Counted from the first letter of the stretch, positions 13,075 through 27,598 are shown. The stretch is 64,000 bases of DNA from Eledone cirrhosa (GCA_964016885.1 OZ024745.1:83700001-83764000), one strand, 5' to 3'. The notes: generated by a model not told the origin, from the sequence alone. Translations and numbers: made by a program.

Positions 13075-16000
13075 AATGCGCGACCCCAGATTGATGTTAT
13101 ACTAGCCGCCCGTAGGACTATCATCAAATTCGGGGATACACTTTGGACGCGTAAAAACACACCCAACAACTTTGACGTTACCATGGGTTCGAGTGATTCT
13201 GCGCAGGTAACTGATCCTGTTGGGCTGTACCTCTTGAACGAACTTTATGTTAGCTTTCCGCACCTTAAAGATGGACTTTATCGTGACGATGCATTATTTG
13301 TGATAAACTCTAGTACTAATAGCATTGAACATAATAGGAAGAAGTTATATAAATTTTTTAAAACATTTTAAACTTTCGATCACGATTGATAAGAATGATA
13401 GAGCTGTTAACTTTTTAGATGTGACATTAGACTTGGTCACTAATAATTATAAACCCTTCCACGGGCCAAATGAGACACTCTCTTACGTTAATCCTAATTC
13501 CAACCACCCTAAATCTATGATTAGTTCTATTATTAATGGTGTATCTAATAGAATCTCCACACTCTCTAAAGATATAGGAATATTTAATTCACATGCTGAG
13601 TATTATAATAATCCCCTAGCTAACTCTGATTACTCTGGTAGAATACACTATAAAGATGACAACCTTGGAATGACTCAGATTACCCATAATAACGTGATAT
13701 CCCATAATATGGCCTTGAATGGTAGAAGAAAATTTAGGAATCATGGAAATTTTATTGATTCATCCAAACCGAACCATATGTATAACTACCACAATAATAA
13801 TCGTAATAGTGAGTCTAATGGTACACTCTGTGAGATTAGTTCCAGTGAACAGGATAGGCGCTCTGAACGTTCACCCAGTGGTAATGTTTTAACGGCTTCT
13901 AATAGTGTTAATTCAACTGGTCCTAGTATTAACCCTAATCCTATTAATAGGATACGAGATAGAAATAGAAATAGTAAAGGTAAGAATAGGAGGAGGCTCA
14001 ATACTTACTTTAACCCGCCTTATAATCATGAAGTATTAACTAATATCCCTAGATCTTTCTTTTCTATTTTAGAGAAAAATTTTCCTCCTACTAATAAATA
14101 CCATAGTATCTTTAATAAGAATGTAATTAAACCCTCCTTCTCTACCACCCTAACATTCATTTTCATCTAGCTAGCACTAATAATAGGAAAATTAGGGACA
14201 GCTACTGCTCTTTGCGTACCACTAATCTAGATAGCTCTATTAACAACTTATCACCCGAGCAGATCTTATCTTCTAATAACCCTAGGAATAATGCATCGCG
14301 TAATCAGCTAATCACTAATACCCGGAAGTGTAACTGTAGATTAAGTAATAACTGCCCTTTGAATGGTTACTGCTTCTCTAGGAATATTGTTTATGCATGT
14401 GAAGTTAAGACTAATTCTTCTTGTAGAACATATATAGGCTCCACATCTAATACTTTTAAAACTAGGTTTAATTCACATATTTCTAATTTTAAGCATATCA
14501 AGTTTAAGAACTCTACTTCTTTGGCACACCATATCTGGGATTTAAAAGGGGCTGGTATACCATATAGCCTAAATTGGCGTATAGTAGCACACTCTAATCA
14601 CCTTTCAACACACGCTAAATTCTGTAATCTTTGTATCCTAGAGACCCACTCTATAATTTTCTCTAGGAACGTATTGCTTAATAGAAAATCTGAAATTTTT
14701 TCTTCCTGTCCGCATGCTATTTCTAATTCCTACTTCTATTATAGACCTAAAAGCTCCGGTAGTTTAAACCGTATCGATTAGCTACTATATTTCCTTATCT
14801 CTTTGGTTTTAGTTCATTATTATAACCATTATTGGTTTTCTATGGTTTTTCGATTTTAGTTTTCATAGTCTTTTTAGCTATCTGACCCTATATATCATCT
14901 TAACCATTATTACATTTTTACTCACCATTGTCGCCTTATAAGTTTCTATCTTTATTTTCATCCCTGGTTGGGATGGAGATAATATTATATTTAATATTAT
15001 ATATAAAATTAATATATGGTCAATTTATATTGATTTTATATAAATTTTTACTTTTATGCTCCTTACTACCCTCCATAGTTCTACTTCTTTCTGTTCCCAT
15101 TGGTCTACCATAGTTTTTATTTAGAGTTTTTTCCTTAATAACGTAATTCGTCTGGACGGATCGTAATATATCTTGATAGATCTTTTAGCTTTCTTATTGA
15201 AATATCTTAATTTTATTCGACTTTGATGACTTAAATTTTATTCCATATGAAGTGACCCATAATGTCTTTTAAACAGTTTTAGTATTAATTAATTTAATAA
15301 GGTTTTCAATTTAATTCTTTGATCCAGAATAGTAATATAATCTATATTTACCTAATGACTTGTAACGCCTACGTGTCTGTGCTTGTTTTTGTTTTTGTTC
15401 TTCGTTTTATTTTATTTATTTTTTTACTACCACATGTTGTCTGTTCTCCTATCATTTGTTATTGTCTCCTGATATGTCTATTTGTATGCATCGCGTAAAT
15501 ATGTCTTAAGCATTTTCCATTGATTCTGGGTGTCTGCTATTGTAATATTAACATTAATATATCATATTATTTTTATGTAATTGAATTATAAATAAATGAC
15601 CGATATTGAGGTACTGTTTGTAATATTTTATGAATTTGAACTGCCTATACCTCTGGATATTTATTGTCAATATTATATATAGTTATATATATTTTTTCAC
15701 CATACTTTATTTTTATATGATATTTTTTCTTACCCTGTGAAAAACTTTATATACAATGTGTTGACCTTAAATGATACGTATGATGTAGTTTTATATATTT
15801 TTAATGTCAGTATATTATTCCATTGTTTTTGATATTGTTTATGCACACCATCAGGGTGATTATGCTATTATAATGATTATTATATTATAACGAGTATACT
15901 TATATTTAAATATTTAAATAAGTGTTAGTATATGTTTGTGTAAATGTGTATATATATGGATATATATATATGCATATATATTAAGCTTGTTATTTCTTAT

Positions 16001-16375
16001 TATCCGTTATATTGTATTCTATATCATATTATAAATTATAATTCTCATATTGTATTACCATGTTGTGTTTCATGTATTTGTCTTATATTGTTCTTTCAAC
16101 GTGGGTTTGACATATTACTCGCTCTCTTGCCCTATAGTCTATATTTGCAAATGCAGACTTTTAGCTTTAGCATGTCTTTCCATGATGTCTTTCCTAAGTT
16201 TTCATAGATATAAATTCCCTGTTCTTCTGAGTTTTGGATTGTTCTGGCCGTTAATGCTTCTTGTCTTTTACTTGCTATCATGAGTCCTTATTAATGGGAC
16301 GAAACATTGTCGGCTAATAAAGACTTTTGATCTATTGAAGGCTTCTTTGTTTATTTTATATAATTTTTATAATTT

Positions 16376-16380
<5 letters not shown>
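13075..16380 (+). mobile_element. 5'-truncated, frameshifted Naiad-like PLE: RT (13075-14170), GIY-YIG (to 14781) and a long AT-rich 3' pLTR
   Basis: Motifs FDVTMGSSDSAQ, GLYRDD, NFLDVTLDL, YVNPNSNHP, FNPPY, CNCRLSNNCPLNGYC, TYIGST..FKTRFNSH, CNLC..E, CPH. Flanked by (TA)n on both sides. Confidence 0.9.
16274..16314 (+). ncRNA. Degenerate hammerhead in the PLE 3' pLTR
   Basis: GCT-ATCATGA-GTCC ttattaatg GGAC-GAAA-CATTG-TC-GGC; the core is mutated from CTGATGA. Confidence 0.6.
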
Positions 16381-16465
<85 letters not shown>

Positions 16466-16479
16466 ATCACAGCTAATAC

Positions 16480-17350
16480 ATTTTCCCATATATATTTAAA
16501 CACTATTCATTGGTATTTCTCCAGCTGTTGTTCTATTATTTCCTATATTGAATACATATATCTTACTTCTCTTTGAAATCATCATTCTCGGTTCATACAC
16601 ACTCTTATATCAACACCGCTATTACACAGGCCGAAACATTTGTTTTATAAACTGCATTCTCAAATGAGTATATCTATCAACCTATATTCTCGACTGACAT
16701 ATTAGATCTTCAGACAATTTTCCCACTTCTATAACAAACGATTTATCTAGCAATACCGGGCTATCCCTCCCGCTATCGGACCATCTGAAAATCAATGTCA
16801 CTCGCAGTTTATCTTCCGATTGTACAATAACACCTAACTTACTAATTCAATCTACCAGCTGTTCACCACCGTCTAGCGTTTCCAGGAAATCGTTTTCTCC
16901 TTTAGAATGTCTGAAACAATTAAGTCAATACCGATGCTACTTTTATATACATATTCCTCCATATCCCTCACATAGTCAAACTGTACAGGGCCATGAATAT
17001 TAAGTAGTTCGCTTGCAGCAGGTGTACAGACCACCTTCAATAACTGAGATATATCTCACCACAGCCATGCTTGAAAGTTTACAAGTTTATGACAAATGTT
17101 CTTATATAACATATTACCAGAACATCATTGCATTATATTCAGGTCAAGGAAATAACTTATCTTTGAATACTATAGTTTGCACTGAATTCAGAAATATTAT
17201 GAAAACGGCACTACTAACATATCACAAATAACAGTTCACAATCAATCCGTTTCTTTCCTCAACTAGTTTCTACAGTTATTTATAACTCTTCTTCTTGTCG
17301 CCCATGTGTGTCTCACTCCTAGCCCTTGCACTAAATCGTTTTTCCTAGAG
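16480..17350 (-). mobile_element. Ancient RTE-type LINE relic (also in the duplicate at ~28300-29900)
   Basis: Decayed thumb-region motifs GEQLVD*ISKLGVIV and SACVIAVLI*ECV*T (cf. VLLYGCETW). Confidence 0.4.
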
Positions 17351-17839
17351 TATCAGCCTCCCTAAATTGATTTACCTTCCATGTCATTTCCACAGGCGTT
17401 GACTTCCAGAAGTTCAAAAAAAACATCAACTATAACTGCCTACAAAAGTGAGGAACATGTCCATTTTTATCTAATAAAATATAATTTGTAGATGTTTTCA
17501 ACTGAAATGGTTAAAAACAACGCAAGGTTATTTAACATAAGAAATTATGATAACATACTTGAGATTAGCTTATTTGTTATTTTCAACCAGAACATGGAAA
17601 ACGAGAAGACTAGGGAAATATGAAGAATGCATTCACACACATGAATATATGTTTTCTATCTGCGTGAGCTATGCCCAAAATTTATCAAGCGAACACCAAC
17701 AATATTATATATTTTATTATTTACCCTATGATACTGAAGATCACTTTAAAATTGATTTCGATCAAAACACTTCTAAAGTAAAGTAAAAAGTAAAAGTCCC
17801 TTTGTTATAGAATGAGCATGGGTGTGCACCTAAAAAGTT

Positions 17840-18222
17840 CCCCTCCAAAGCATTAGTACGGTCAAGATGTTATTGTGGAAGACTAGCAGTCGCCCATGCA
17901 TACCAAACTTCTCTCACCACGTCATATAAAAGAATAGCAAAGGCTGATACAGCTTGGCAACGGTGACATCACAACTAATATATACACTATATATATATCC
18001 CATTTACAGTATATACAACATTATATATACACTATGTATATACTATATAAAACGTTGTCCAAAGGAATGACAAGGGCTGATACAGCTTGGCGGCAGTGAC
18101 GTCGAAATATTTCTCCTGCTGGGTGAACAGGAGCAATGTGAAATACACATCAACCAGGAATCGAACTCACCTCCTCACAGTTGTGAATTCAACGTTCTAA
18201 CCACTACGCCATGCGCCTTCAC
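17840..18222 (-). mobile_element. Decayed tRNA-derived (CORE-type) SINE (duplicate at ~30385-30811)
   Basis: The minus strand reads gaaggcgcatggcgtagtggttag...gagttcgattcctgg...atttcacattgctcc, with A/B boxes. Confidence 0.65.
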
Positions 18223-19232
18223 AGGTGTTTGAACTGTCATCTGATTCTGTCGATGATAGTATCAATATTCAAAAGCTATGTTATTTTTTTTATTGTTAGA
18301 GTACCTGCTAAAATGCTTTTCTGTATTCGTTACGGCACTCTACGTTCTGAGTTCAGATTTAAACAGCACCTGCCCAGCTCCGGAGGTCACCTTCAGCTTT
18401 CAGATGTTCGGGAGCGATAAAATATAGTACCAGCCAAATATAGTAGTCTATATAATATATCCAAATCTGCTATATATCTGTTTCTCTTTGATTTTGTTCT
18501 ATGTGATGGAAATTAGGACTGTACCAGATTGACTAATGCCTTGAACCCTGTAGTTTTCCCTCCGTTCTAATGTACGGCACAGTCGTTCAATATGTGGATA
18601 GAGTAACTGTGACACTAGAATCCCTCTCAGAACTTTTTACTTAAACATCTCTCTCCATATTATTTACTCGCTTCAATCTATATTTTTACTCAATCCGAAT
18701 TATCACTTGAAACATTTTTGAATTTCGACTGTTTTTATTTATTAATTGATTAATTTATAATCTCTGATATTTGATTTAGGATTTTAATTTTTAATTTTTA
18801 TTTCCAACTCTCACTCTTAACTTCCAACATAAAACCATGGTACCTAGAATTAAGTTTATTTTCCCTTATGAGTTGATGGTCAGTCTTGCTGTCAACGCTT
18901 AGTGAAAGGTAGTATTGTGACCTATAAAAACTAACACCCTCCCATCCCCTCTGGCTTTCGGCTGACTGCCACAGTCGTGATGGGTAGCAGTAAACTTTGG
19001 TAGGGGATAGGTGGGCCATTGTTTTGGCTGAGAGGGTGAACTGACAGCGAATTTCGTTGAAATCTGCGGTGGCTAATGGTCAACTTCCTTCGGACATGCG
19101 CTTGCGCAGACCGGTGGGGGTGAATTGGTACTCACAAGGGAACGGATGAAAAACCCAAAAGCACGAACTTCATCCGTTCCAATGTCGATTCAATTTGGAT
19201 TGCCTCGGAAACATGACCTTATTATGTAACAA

Positions 19233-19306
19233 GCTGTCTGATGATGACACGACACCCGCACACAGAACAGTGTGGCCAGTGTCGTCATTGAAATATATAT
19301 CACAGC
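19233..19306 (+). ncRNA. Type-I hammerhead ribozyme with a canonical core, in a solo pLTR-like segment (~18700-19350)
   Basis: GCTGT-CTGATGA-tgacacgacac...gtgtcgtcatt-GAAA-TATATA-TC-ACAGC. Predicted cleavage is after C19301, and (TA)n starts ~50 bp downstream. Confidence 0.8.
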
Positions 19307-19352
19307 ATTATTATTAAAGGACTTGAACATCTGAAACTACTTCGCTTTTCCT

Positions 19353-19411
<59 letters not shown>

Positions 19412-20040
19412 TCGTTTCTGAGTTTGTTTAGCAAGATTCTTTATCTGAAAACGTGTGTTGAAACCGATATTGTTATACTTTGGGAAGGTCATGTTGCCAA
19501 TAAGAAACACACGCACCAGTTGCTTTCACTTCAATTTATTATAATAAATTTATAAATTTAGGAATTTATAAATTTCCGGGTGGCTGGTTGCTTCCACAAC
19601 CAGATGGTTGTTTATATATTGTCAAAGTTCTTTCGCCACACATTCTGTGACCTCTTCAGTGACTGGGGATTCTTTTCTTTGTTTTTGTGCCTCTCCTTTG
19701 TTCTGTCCTACGCCATCTTGTTTTTGTGTGTGTGTTGTGTGCTTAGTTTGCGCATGTGTTACATCCGGGTTTCTGTGTGTGTTTATATTCGTTTATTTAT
19801 TTATTTGTTTATTTACATGTTACTGGTTGGTTGTTTGTTCTATGTGCGTGTGTGTTTTCATTTTGTCCTTAATTGTAAGTTGTGATGTTGCTGTTCCACT
19901 CATGTTTTCTATTTAATTTTGGTTGGAGATCATTTATGTTTATTGCCTCTGTGATTTGTCTAAACATTGCGTCTTATCTGTGTGTAGATTTTATTTTTAT
20001 TTCTATGTTCTCTAATTTACCCTTATGTTCTATTTTAGCA

Positions 20041-20240
20041 TGGTGGCAGAATTGATAGAGCGTTAGATAAATTGCTCTTGATGAATTTCTTCTGGTTCTT
20101 TTACATTCAAAGTTCAAATACCGCCAAGGTCAACTTTTCCTTTCATCCTTTCGGAGTGGATAAAATAAAGTACTAGATAGGGGTGATTTCAACATTTTCC
20201 TCACTCAAAATTTCCTGGCCTTATTTCTATATTAGAAATC
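20041..20240 (+). mobile_element. Diverged Meta-type SINE
   Basis: ggtggcagaattgatagag...aagttcaaataccgccaaggtcaacttttcctttcatcctttcggagtggataaaataaagtac. Confidence 0.75.
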
Positions 20241-20715
20241 AATAGAATTATAAATTTATATTATAGCATGGTTACTATAAACACGGCAGAACTATCTGGA
20301 ATATGTGTATTGTCTAGTAGCCTTGTCACTTGAATTGCGATAAATCAAAATGCAAACTTCTCAAGGTTGTGCAGGAATTAATAATTACTGGCTTATCTCT
20401 AATTTGCCCAAGGTAATCAGACAAATAGAAGGAATATACTTAGGATAATGAAGTTTGAATAAAATAATGGCATAAATAAATGAGGCAACAATTTTACCGC
20501 TTCCTATCCTTAGAGCAACACATCTTTACATTATGCACGCGTCATTCCAATGTATAATTTTACAAAATGTTGCTATGTTGGTAATATGTGTCTATCTCAG
20601 TTTTTACAATATTCTATCTGTCTATCTTCATGTACTTCTACTGTTATTCTATTATACGTGAAGAAAATGAAACAAACCAATATACAGTTATGTGCTGAGC
20701 ATATGCATATATAAT

Positions 20716-21270
20716 ATGAAAGAGTACAGTCTAAACCCCAAATAAGTGAAAACATAATAGACCAGACATAGTGATATGGGATAGAAAAAAGAAGACATGC
20801 ACTGTAGTAGAGATCAGCTGGCCAGCAGATGTAACTATAATGCGAAAAGGAGAATATTTATGTTGAACTAATTAGGAATCTGCAGATGCTCCATCCTGGC
20901 TATACATTTAGATTTGTTCGGTGATCATACTGGACATATTACTAAATGTCTCAGTACAATTCTTGGGAAGCTTCGCTTCACCTAACCAGAAAGACTCTTT
21001 TAATGGAAATGTAAAATTTTGTAAAACATTTCAGACACTCAGCATCTAATAACTGTGTATGCACATGTATAGATACAAAAACATGCAGGTATACACATAT
21101 AAGTCAAAACACATGTCCACACGTGAAATAACAGCCATACCCGCACAGACATTACACAAACACATTCAGACATACATACGTGTTTACCTAGTTGTTGTTG
21201 TCTAAATTCCAATGAAAGGGACTTGTTTCACTGTTAGAAATCGGCTCTCTTGGTGAAAAAATAAAATAAC
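20716..21270 (+). mobile_element. 3' fragment of a diverged R4/Dong-like LINE (RLE domain plus 3' UTR)
   Basis: HNRPDIVIWDRKKKTCTVVEISWPADV, paralogous to 26130-26230; the 3' UTR is similar. Confidence 0.8.
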
Positions 21271-21294
21271 ACCAAAACATACATACATACAAAC

Positions 21295-22170
21295 ATATAA
21301 CTGCATATACACATGTTCAGATACAAAACATATACACATGCACACATACAACTCAAAACCTACACTTCCATACATACAATAACATCCATATCTACACATG
21401 CATGCATAATCTACGTAGTTGATGTTGAGTAAATTCCAATGAGGAGTCTTGTGTCTATGTTAGAAACCGACTCTCTCTCTATTGGCAAACATTTGTGAAA
21501 TTACAAAACCAGAAGAACATAATACATACATACATACATACATACATACATACATACATACATACATACATACATACATACATACATACATGCATACATA
21601 CATACATGGTGGCTGCCAACTCGTTTTTTTTAGTACGGTAGATGAGAGAAAAATGCTCCTTACATGCAAACAAACACAAAAAAACCTCACTCCTCACCAA
21701 CAAAGAGTGAAAAATAAAATAGAGACGATGTTTGGTAACAGTAGAACCAGAACTCTCCAATAGAAGCTGATCACCCTCAAACAAGAATTGAGAGCTGTTA
21801 GCGAAAAACGCCGATACCTGAAGAAGGTAGATGAGAGAAAAATGCTAGTTAGGAAATGCTAGTTAGGAAATTACAAGTACAATCCATTAATGGAACAGTA
21901 AAAATATGTAAAACATTCCAAAAATTTTGCATCTAATCACTGCATATACACATGTACAGATACAAAGCATATACACATGCACACATACAACTCAAAACAT
22001 ACACACCCACACATACAATAACATGCATATCTACACATGCATGCATACATACATATCTACCTAGTTGATGTTGTGTAAATTCCAATGAGAGAGTCTTGTG
22101 TCTATGTTAGAAACCGACTCTCTCTCTATTGGTAAAACTTTGTGAAATTATAAATCCAGAAGAACATACA
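21295..22170 (+). mobile_element. Stacked short copies of the R4-like LINE: a 3' UTR only (21295-21520) and an internally deleted copy (21635-22170)
   Basis: Both end in ...gaaaccgactctctctctattgg...ccagaagaa(cata)n. Segment 21653-21845 matches 23755-23935, and 21860-22165 matches 26400-26705. Confidence 0.85.
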
Positions 22171-22491
22171 TACATACATACATATATATATACATACATA
22201 GATATATACATACATACATATATATATATACATACATATATACATATATATACATATATATACATATACACATATATATACATATATATACATATATACA
22301 TATATATATATACATATATATACATACACACATACATATACATACATATATACATACACATATATACACATATATACATATACACATATACATATATATA
22401 TATACACATACATATATACACACATATACATACACATACATATACATATATACATATATATATATATACATATACACACATATATACATAT

Positions 22492-22526
<35 letters not shown>

Positions 22527-22586
22527 CATATATATATATACATACACATGCACATACATATTCATATACATATACATATACATATA

Positions 22587-23192
22587 GTGGCTGCCAACTC
22601 GTTTTCGAGTACGGCCACTACTTTATATCCATGTAGGAGAACCCCTACCGATGCGCTGAACGAGTGTGACTTTTTAGTCCAGCCAGCGACTTGAACACTC
22701 TGGTACAAACGCTACAGTTGTGACAATTATTGACACATAGTGCTGGGCCCATGGTACCATGTGATGACAAGTGCAGAGAGATCTCCAGATATAAAGCAAT
22801 GCCTGTGCCGTGAAGCTTTTATAGTGAGCAAAGGCACTGCACAAAGCCAGTCTCACTCTCTTAACCAAGATGATATTTATCAAAAAGAAGAACAAGTCAA
22901 CATCATTGGATACCATCAGGGTTGCAGGTGTTATATCAGAGTTTTCCTTCTCCTAGAATTCTGCCTTGACAAAGGCTAAGGGGTCATCTCTCCCGGTGAT
23001 TTTGGATGGCCATTGACTCTTAAGAGCTCCTTTGCCCTTTGACAGGTTTTGTTTTTAGTCCTGCAGGATGTCCAAAGTCACCCTCCTCACCAAGGTTTCT
23101 TGGTGGGGTTGCCAGTTTAGTCGCCAACGACCCGACCATGAGACAGGTTGTACTGGGATACATGTTACCAGTAGCACCAACTGGTGACCTGA
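22587..23192 (-). mobile_element. ~600-bp non-autonomous RTE-derived retroposon (5' UTR fused to the ORF 3' end) with a (TATG)n tail
   Basis: High identity to 50691-51308(+) and 53858-54367(-). It ends with a C2H2 finger [23 protein letters not shown], typical of RTE C-termini, and lies between (CATA)n arrays. Confidence 0.7.
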
Positions 23193-23280
23193 CATACATA
23201 CATACATACATACATACATACATACATACATACATACATACATACATACATACATACATACATACATACATACATACACA

Positions 23281-26200
23281 CCACCTGTACCATCTAAGTC
23301 TACCTCGAATGCTAGGGAAAACACTATCGATAATAATAATAATCGAACAAATGTGACACCACATATACCATCGGAGTCTATCTCGACTGTTGTGGAAAAT
23401 ACTATCGACAATCATAATCAAACGTATAAACAATTGAAAATTTCCCTCAACGAAATCTTCCAGTGAGAAATTAACTCATGTATAAATATCTCTCTGGCTG
23501 AACGTGTTAAAATGACAATGGTGAATAAAAAAACAAATAATGAAATACTACGTGTTATTGACGAAGTAGGGGATGAATATTTACGACGGATAAAAACCCT
23601 GTTTATATATATGCCTTAGCAATGACAGTGAAGCATTATCTTGGTGATAGCAGAGATATTAACAAGAACAAAACACCACCAAAAATACCATCATATATAA
23701 CTAAAATAGAAAAAAAGAGTGCTGACCTACGAAAAAACATAGGACATGTGACAATGCTCCTTACATGCAAACAAACACAAAAAACCTCACTCCTCACAAA
23801 GAGTGAAAAATAAAATAGAGACGATGTTTGGTAACAGTAGAACCAGAACTCTCAAATATAAGCTGATCACTCTCAAAAAGAATTGTGAGCGAAAAACGCC
23901 GATACCTGGAGAAGGTAGATGAGACAAAAATGCTTAATAAAAGATTCAGACGAAACCAAACATCAGTCTATAGAGATATGAAGGGCAAAATAATAAGTGT
24001 CACTGAGACCCCATCCCAGAAAGACATAGATTACTTTTGGAGAAAAATATGGGGTGAAAAGAAGAATTTCAACCAAGATGCAGTGTGGCTAAGAGAAATC
24101 GGAAAGAACTATTGCTCCTACACTATAACAAAAACATACGAAATAAGTGAGGGTACCCTTGAGACTGTTATAGGAAAACTCAAAGATAAGAAAACACCAG
24201 GAAGAGACACGATTGTCGGCTACTGGTACAAAAAACTAATATTCTATCGGAGGTATCTTACTGACCTCTACTAACAAGTTCTTAAGGGAGATACACTTAT
24301 ACCAGAATGGCTGACATTAGCACAAACGTTACTGGTCCCCAAGAACAAAGACACCCACTTGGCAAAAAACTACCGACCCATTGCATGCCAGAACCTGATG
24401 TATAAGATGTATGCAGCCTGCCTGAACCTATTCCTCCAAGATCACTGTGAAAATAATAACATCATCACAGATGAACAAGCAGCTGGAAAGAAAAGGGTTT
24501 GGGGATGTGCTGAACAACTCCTAATAAACAAAACTGCGATGTCGGAGGTGCCACAACTTAGGAGGAATATGACTACAGTCTGGCTGGACTACAAGAAAGC
24601 TTTCGATTCTGTTCCCCACTCTTGGATGATAGAGGCCCTCCAACTTGCTAAAGTCCCAGATATTATTGTCAGAGCCATAGTGAGGCTGTCTTCTTCTTGG
24701 GCTACTATCCTAAGGTTAAAGACAGAGAGGGAGGACTCTATTTTCACTGATAAAATAAAATATTGCAGGGGTATATTTCAGGGGGACAGTCTCTCTGTGA
24801 TATTGTTCATCTTGTCATTAAACCCCTTGTCCTTACTGCTCAAGAAATGTGAGGGATACATCATTGGCTCACAGGAGGACAGAAATACGAACCTAACCCA
24901 TAACTTCTTTGTGGACGTGGACGATCTGAAACTCTATGCCAAGAACATGGATGGGATGAAGAAAAATCTTGACCTGGTTACAACGTTCTCAAAGGATATA
25001 GGAATGGAGTTTGGCCAAGATAAATGCTCATACATGACTGTAAAGCGGGTAAAAACAACAACCCAATCTAGCAACATTGTCATCAATGGTCTAACTGTTT
25101 CATATCTGATGAGGACTGTTACAGATACCTGGGGATAGATGAGAACATATCCTAAAATGGTATCTGTAATAAAGAACGCGTAACTAGGGAATACTACACC
25201 CGATTAAGAAAGATCTGGTCATCGGAACTCTCTGCGCAAAACAAAACAGTGGCTCACAATGTGTTTGCTGTGTCTGTCCTAACACCAACGTTTGGAATAC
25301 TCAATTGGACGATAGACGAAATCCGAGCAGTTGATGTTGGAACTCGAAAAATTCTGAACAACACCGGAAACTTCCACATCAACAGTGACATAGACCGCCT
25401 TTACTTGAAATGTAAGCAGGGAGGTAGAGGCCTAACATCAGTCCAGACAACATTTGAATGTCGCATCATATCTCTCCGACAACATCTACGAACCTCGAAG
25501 CGTAGGAGCCCGCTTCTCGAGCAAGTCTATCTGCATGAAACAGATAAGATCATGAGAGTTGGGAAGGAACTCCTTGAGAGATATTCCCTGTGTGATAATC
25601 AAAAACCCACACCCAGGGAAGTCGCTCAGCAGTATCGCAGTGAATCCATGGATGAAAAACTGCATGCCTATCAGCAAAAAATCATGCATGGATATGTTGC
25701 CAGGAAGCTCCAGCGTGAGAGTAATATAGATAAGAAAGTAGTCTATATTGGACCAACCACCGCTATATTGACTCCAACTTTGAAGGATACGCTTTTGCAA
25801 TCCAAGAACAGGAGATTAACACGAAATACCTGATTCACAAAAGAGATAAGGATGCAGACAAAACACCTAGATGTGATAACAAGTGCAGACTCTGCAGAAC
25901 TAACATCGAGGATATCACCCATGTCATCAGCAGGTGTCCAAAGATGTCATCGTGGTACTATCTACCTATGAGGCATGATGTAGTGGCCAAAACACTGTAC
26001 AATGCAGTTCGTAAAAAAGATAGCCCCGATAATAAACACATTAAAAGCTACAACAATGTGGAAGACATACATGTACATAATATGAAAGAGTACTGGTGGA
26101 ATGTTCCAGCAAAAACCCCAATAAAATGCAGGCATAACAGACCAGATATTATGATATGGGACAGGGAGAAGAAAACATGCACAGTAGTGGAAATTAGCTG

Positions 26201-26712
26201 CCCAGCAGATGCCAATATAATATCAAAACTTAGTGAAAAGGAGAATATTTATGCAGAACTGATGAGAAATCTGCAGATACTCCACCCTGATTACACCTTC
26301 AGATTTATGCCTGTGATTATTGGGGCACTGGGATATGTTAGTAACTGCCTCAATACAAATCTTCAGAAGCTAGGCTTCACAGGAACAGAAAGAACACAAC
26401 TAGTTAGGAAACTGCAAGTGCAATCCATTAATGGAACAGTAAAAGTATGTAAAACGTTCAAAAAATGTTGCATCTAATCACTGCATATACACATGTACAG
26501 CTACAAAGCATATACACATGCACACATACAACTCAAAACATACACATCCACACATACAATAACATTTATATCTACACATGCATGCATACATACATATCTA
26601 CCTAGTTGATGTTGTGTAAATTCCAATGAGAGAGTCTTGTGTCTATGTTAGAAACCGACTCTCTCTCTATTGGTAAAACTTTGTGAAATTATAAAACCAG
26701 AAGAACATGCAT
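23281..26712 (+). mobile_element. Near full-length decayed R4/Dong-like non-LTR retrotransposon (RT + CCHC + restriction-like endonuclease)
   Basis: Motifs TPGRDTIVGYWYK, NYRPIACQNLMYK, DYKKAFDSVPH, GIFQGDSLS, FFVDVDDLKL, YLGID, GGRGL, CRLC...ITHVISRC, RHD and RPDIM..VVEISCP..KENIY. Several stops and frameshifts; ORF stop at 26477. Confidence 0.92.
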
Positions 26713-26715
26713 ACA

Positions 26716-27598
26716 TGATGGCTGCGACTCGATTTCGCGTAATGCCATCGCTTGATACTTAAGAATGGACATCACGGACGTGGCTTTTTAGTCCTGCTAG
26801 GGACTTGCCCATGGCCAGCAATGCCATGTATCGTAACAAATGTCACATATCATGTCTGTGCTTGAGGCTTTTTATAAGTGAGGAAAGGCTTTGCACGGGT
26901 TCAATCCCACTCACTGAACATCGAATGCATTTACCGTAAAGGTAGAACTGGTCTACATCATAGGGTGCCAACGAAGCTGCAAGCTTTATATCAGAGTGAC
27001 CTCTCAGAGAGATGTCTTGATAAAGACTAACAGTCTTCATACATGCATCCATACATGATGGCTGCGCCCTCGTTATCGAGTATGGCCATTGCACGATATA
27101 CCATTATTAATAATTATTAATAATTATTAATTAATTCCATCGTGCAATGCCTGTGCTCGAAGATATTTTTTAAAGTGAGGAAAGACTGTGCACTGAGCCA
27201 ATCCCACTCTCTGAGCGACAGTAGCTATAACCCGAAAAGAAGAAAAGATCAACATCATCGGTAACTACTGAGCCGCAGGTTTTATATCGGAGTTATCCCA
27301 GTTTCCTGAGTTGCCTTCTCCTAGAAGAATGCCCTGACAAAGGCTAGGTCCTTCACTCCCAGTGGTTTAACCACGCGGTACATGTGTGTATACATATGTA
27401 CACACTTTTGGATGGCCGTTGACTCTTATGAGTTCTTCCGCCCTTTGTCAGGTTTTGTTTTTTGTCCTGCAGGGTGTCCAAAATAACCCTACTGACCAAG
27501 TAAACTTGGTGGGGTTGCCGGTTTAGTCGCCGACGACCCGACCATGCGACAGGTTGTACTGGGTTACATGTTACCAGTAGCACTCAAGAGTGACGCGA
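26716..27598 (-). mobile_element. Two diverged copies or fragments of the RTE-derived non-autonomous family
   Basis: 27410-27598 aligns with 23000-23190 (ggatggccgttgactcttatgag...gacgacccgaccatgcgacagg). 3' ends reading catgatggctgc lie at 26716 and 27057. Confidence 0.7.

Larger units (their letters stand above)
16469..18438 (+). repeat. Copy 1 of a ~2-kb near-identical direct duplication
   Basis: Matches 29013-31025 with only scattered substitutions. ORFs 17013-17231 and 29557-29775 are identical. Confidence 0.95.

Noticed and set aside
13075-14781. Selenocysteine-encoding Naiad
   Set aside because: The conserved Cys codons in the linker and EN are TGT/TGC, and the interruptions are frameshifts rather than in-frame TGA.
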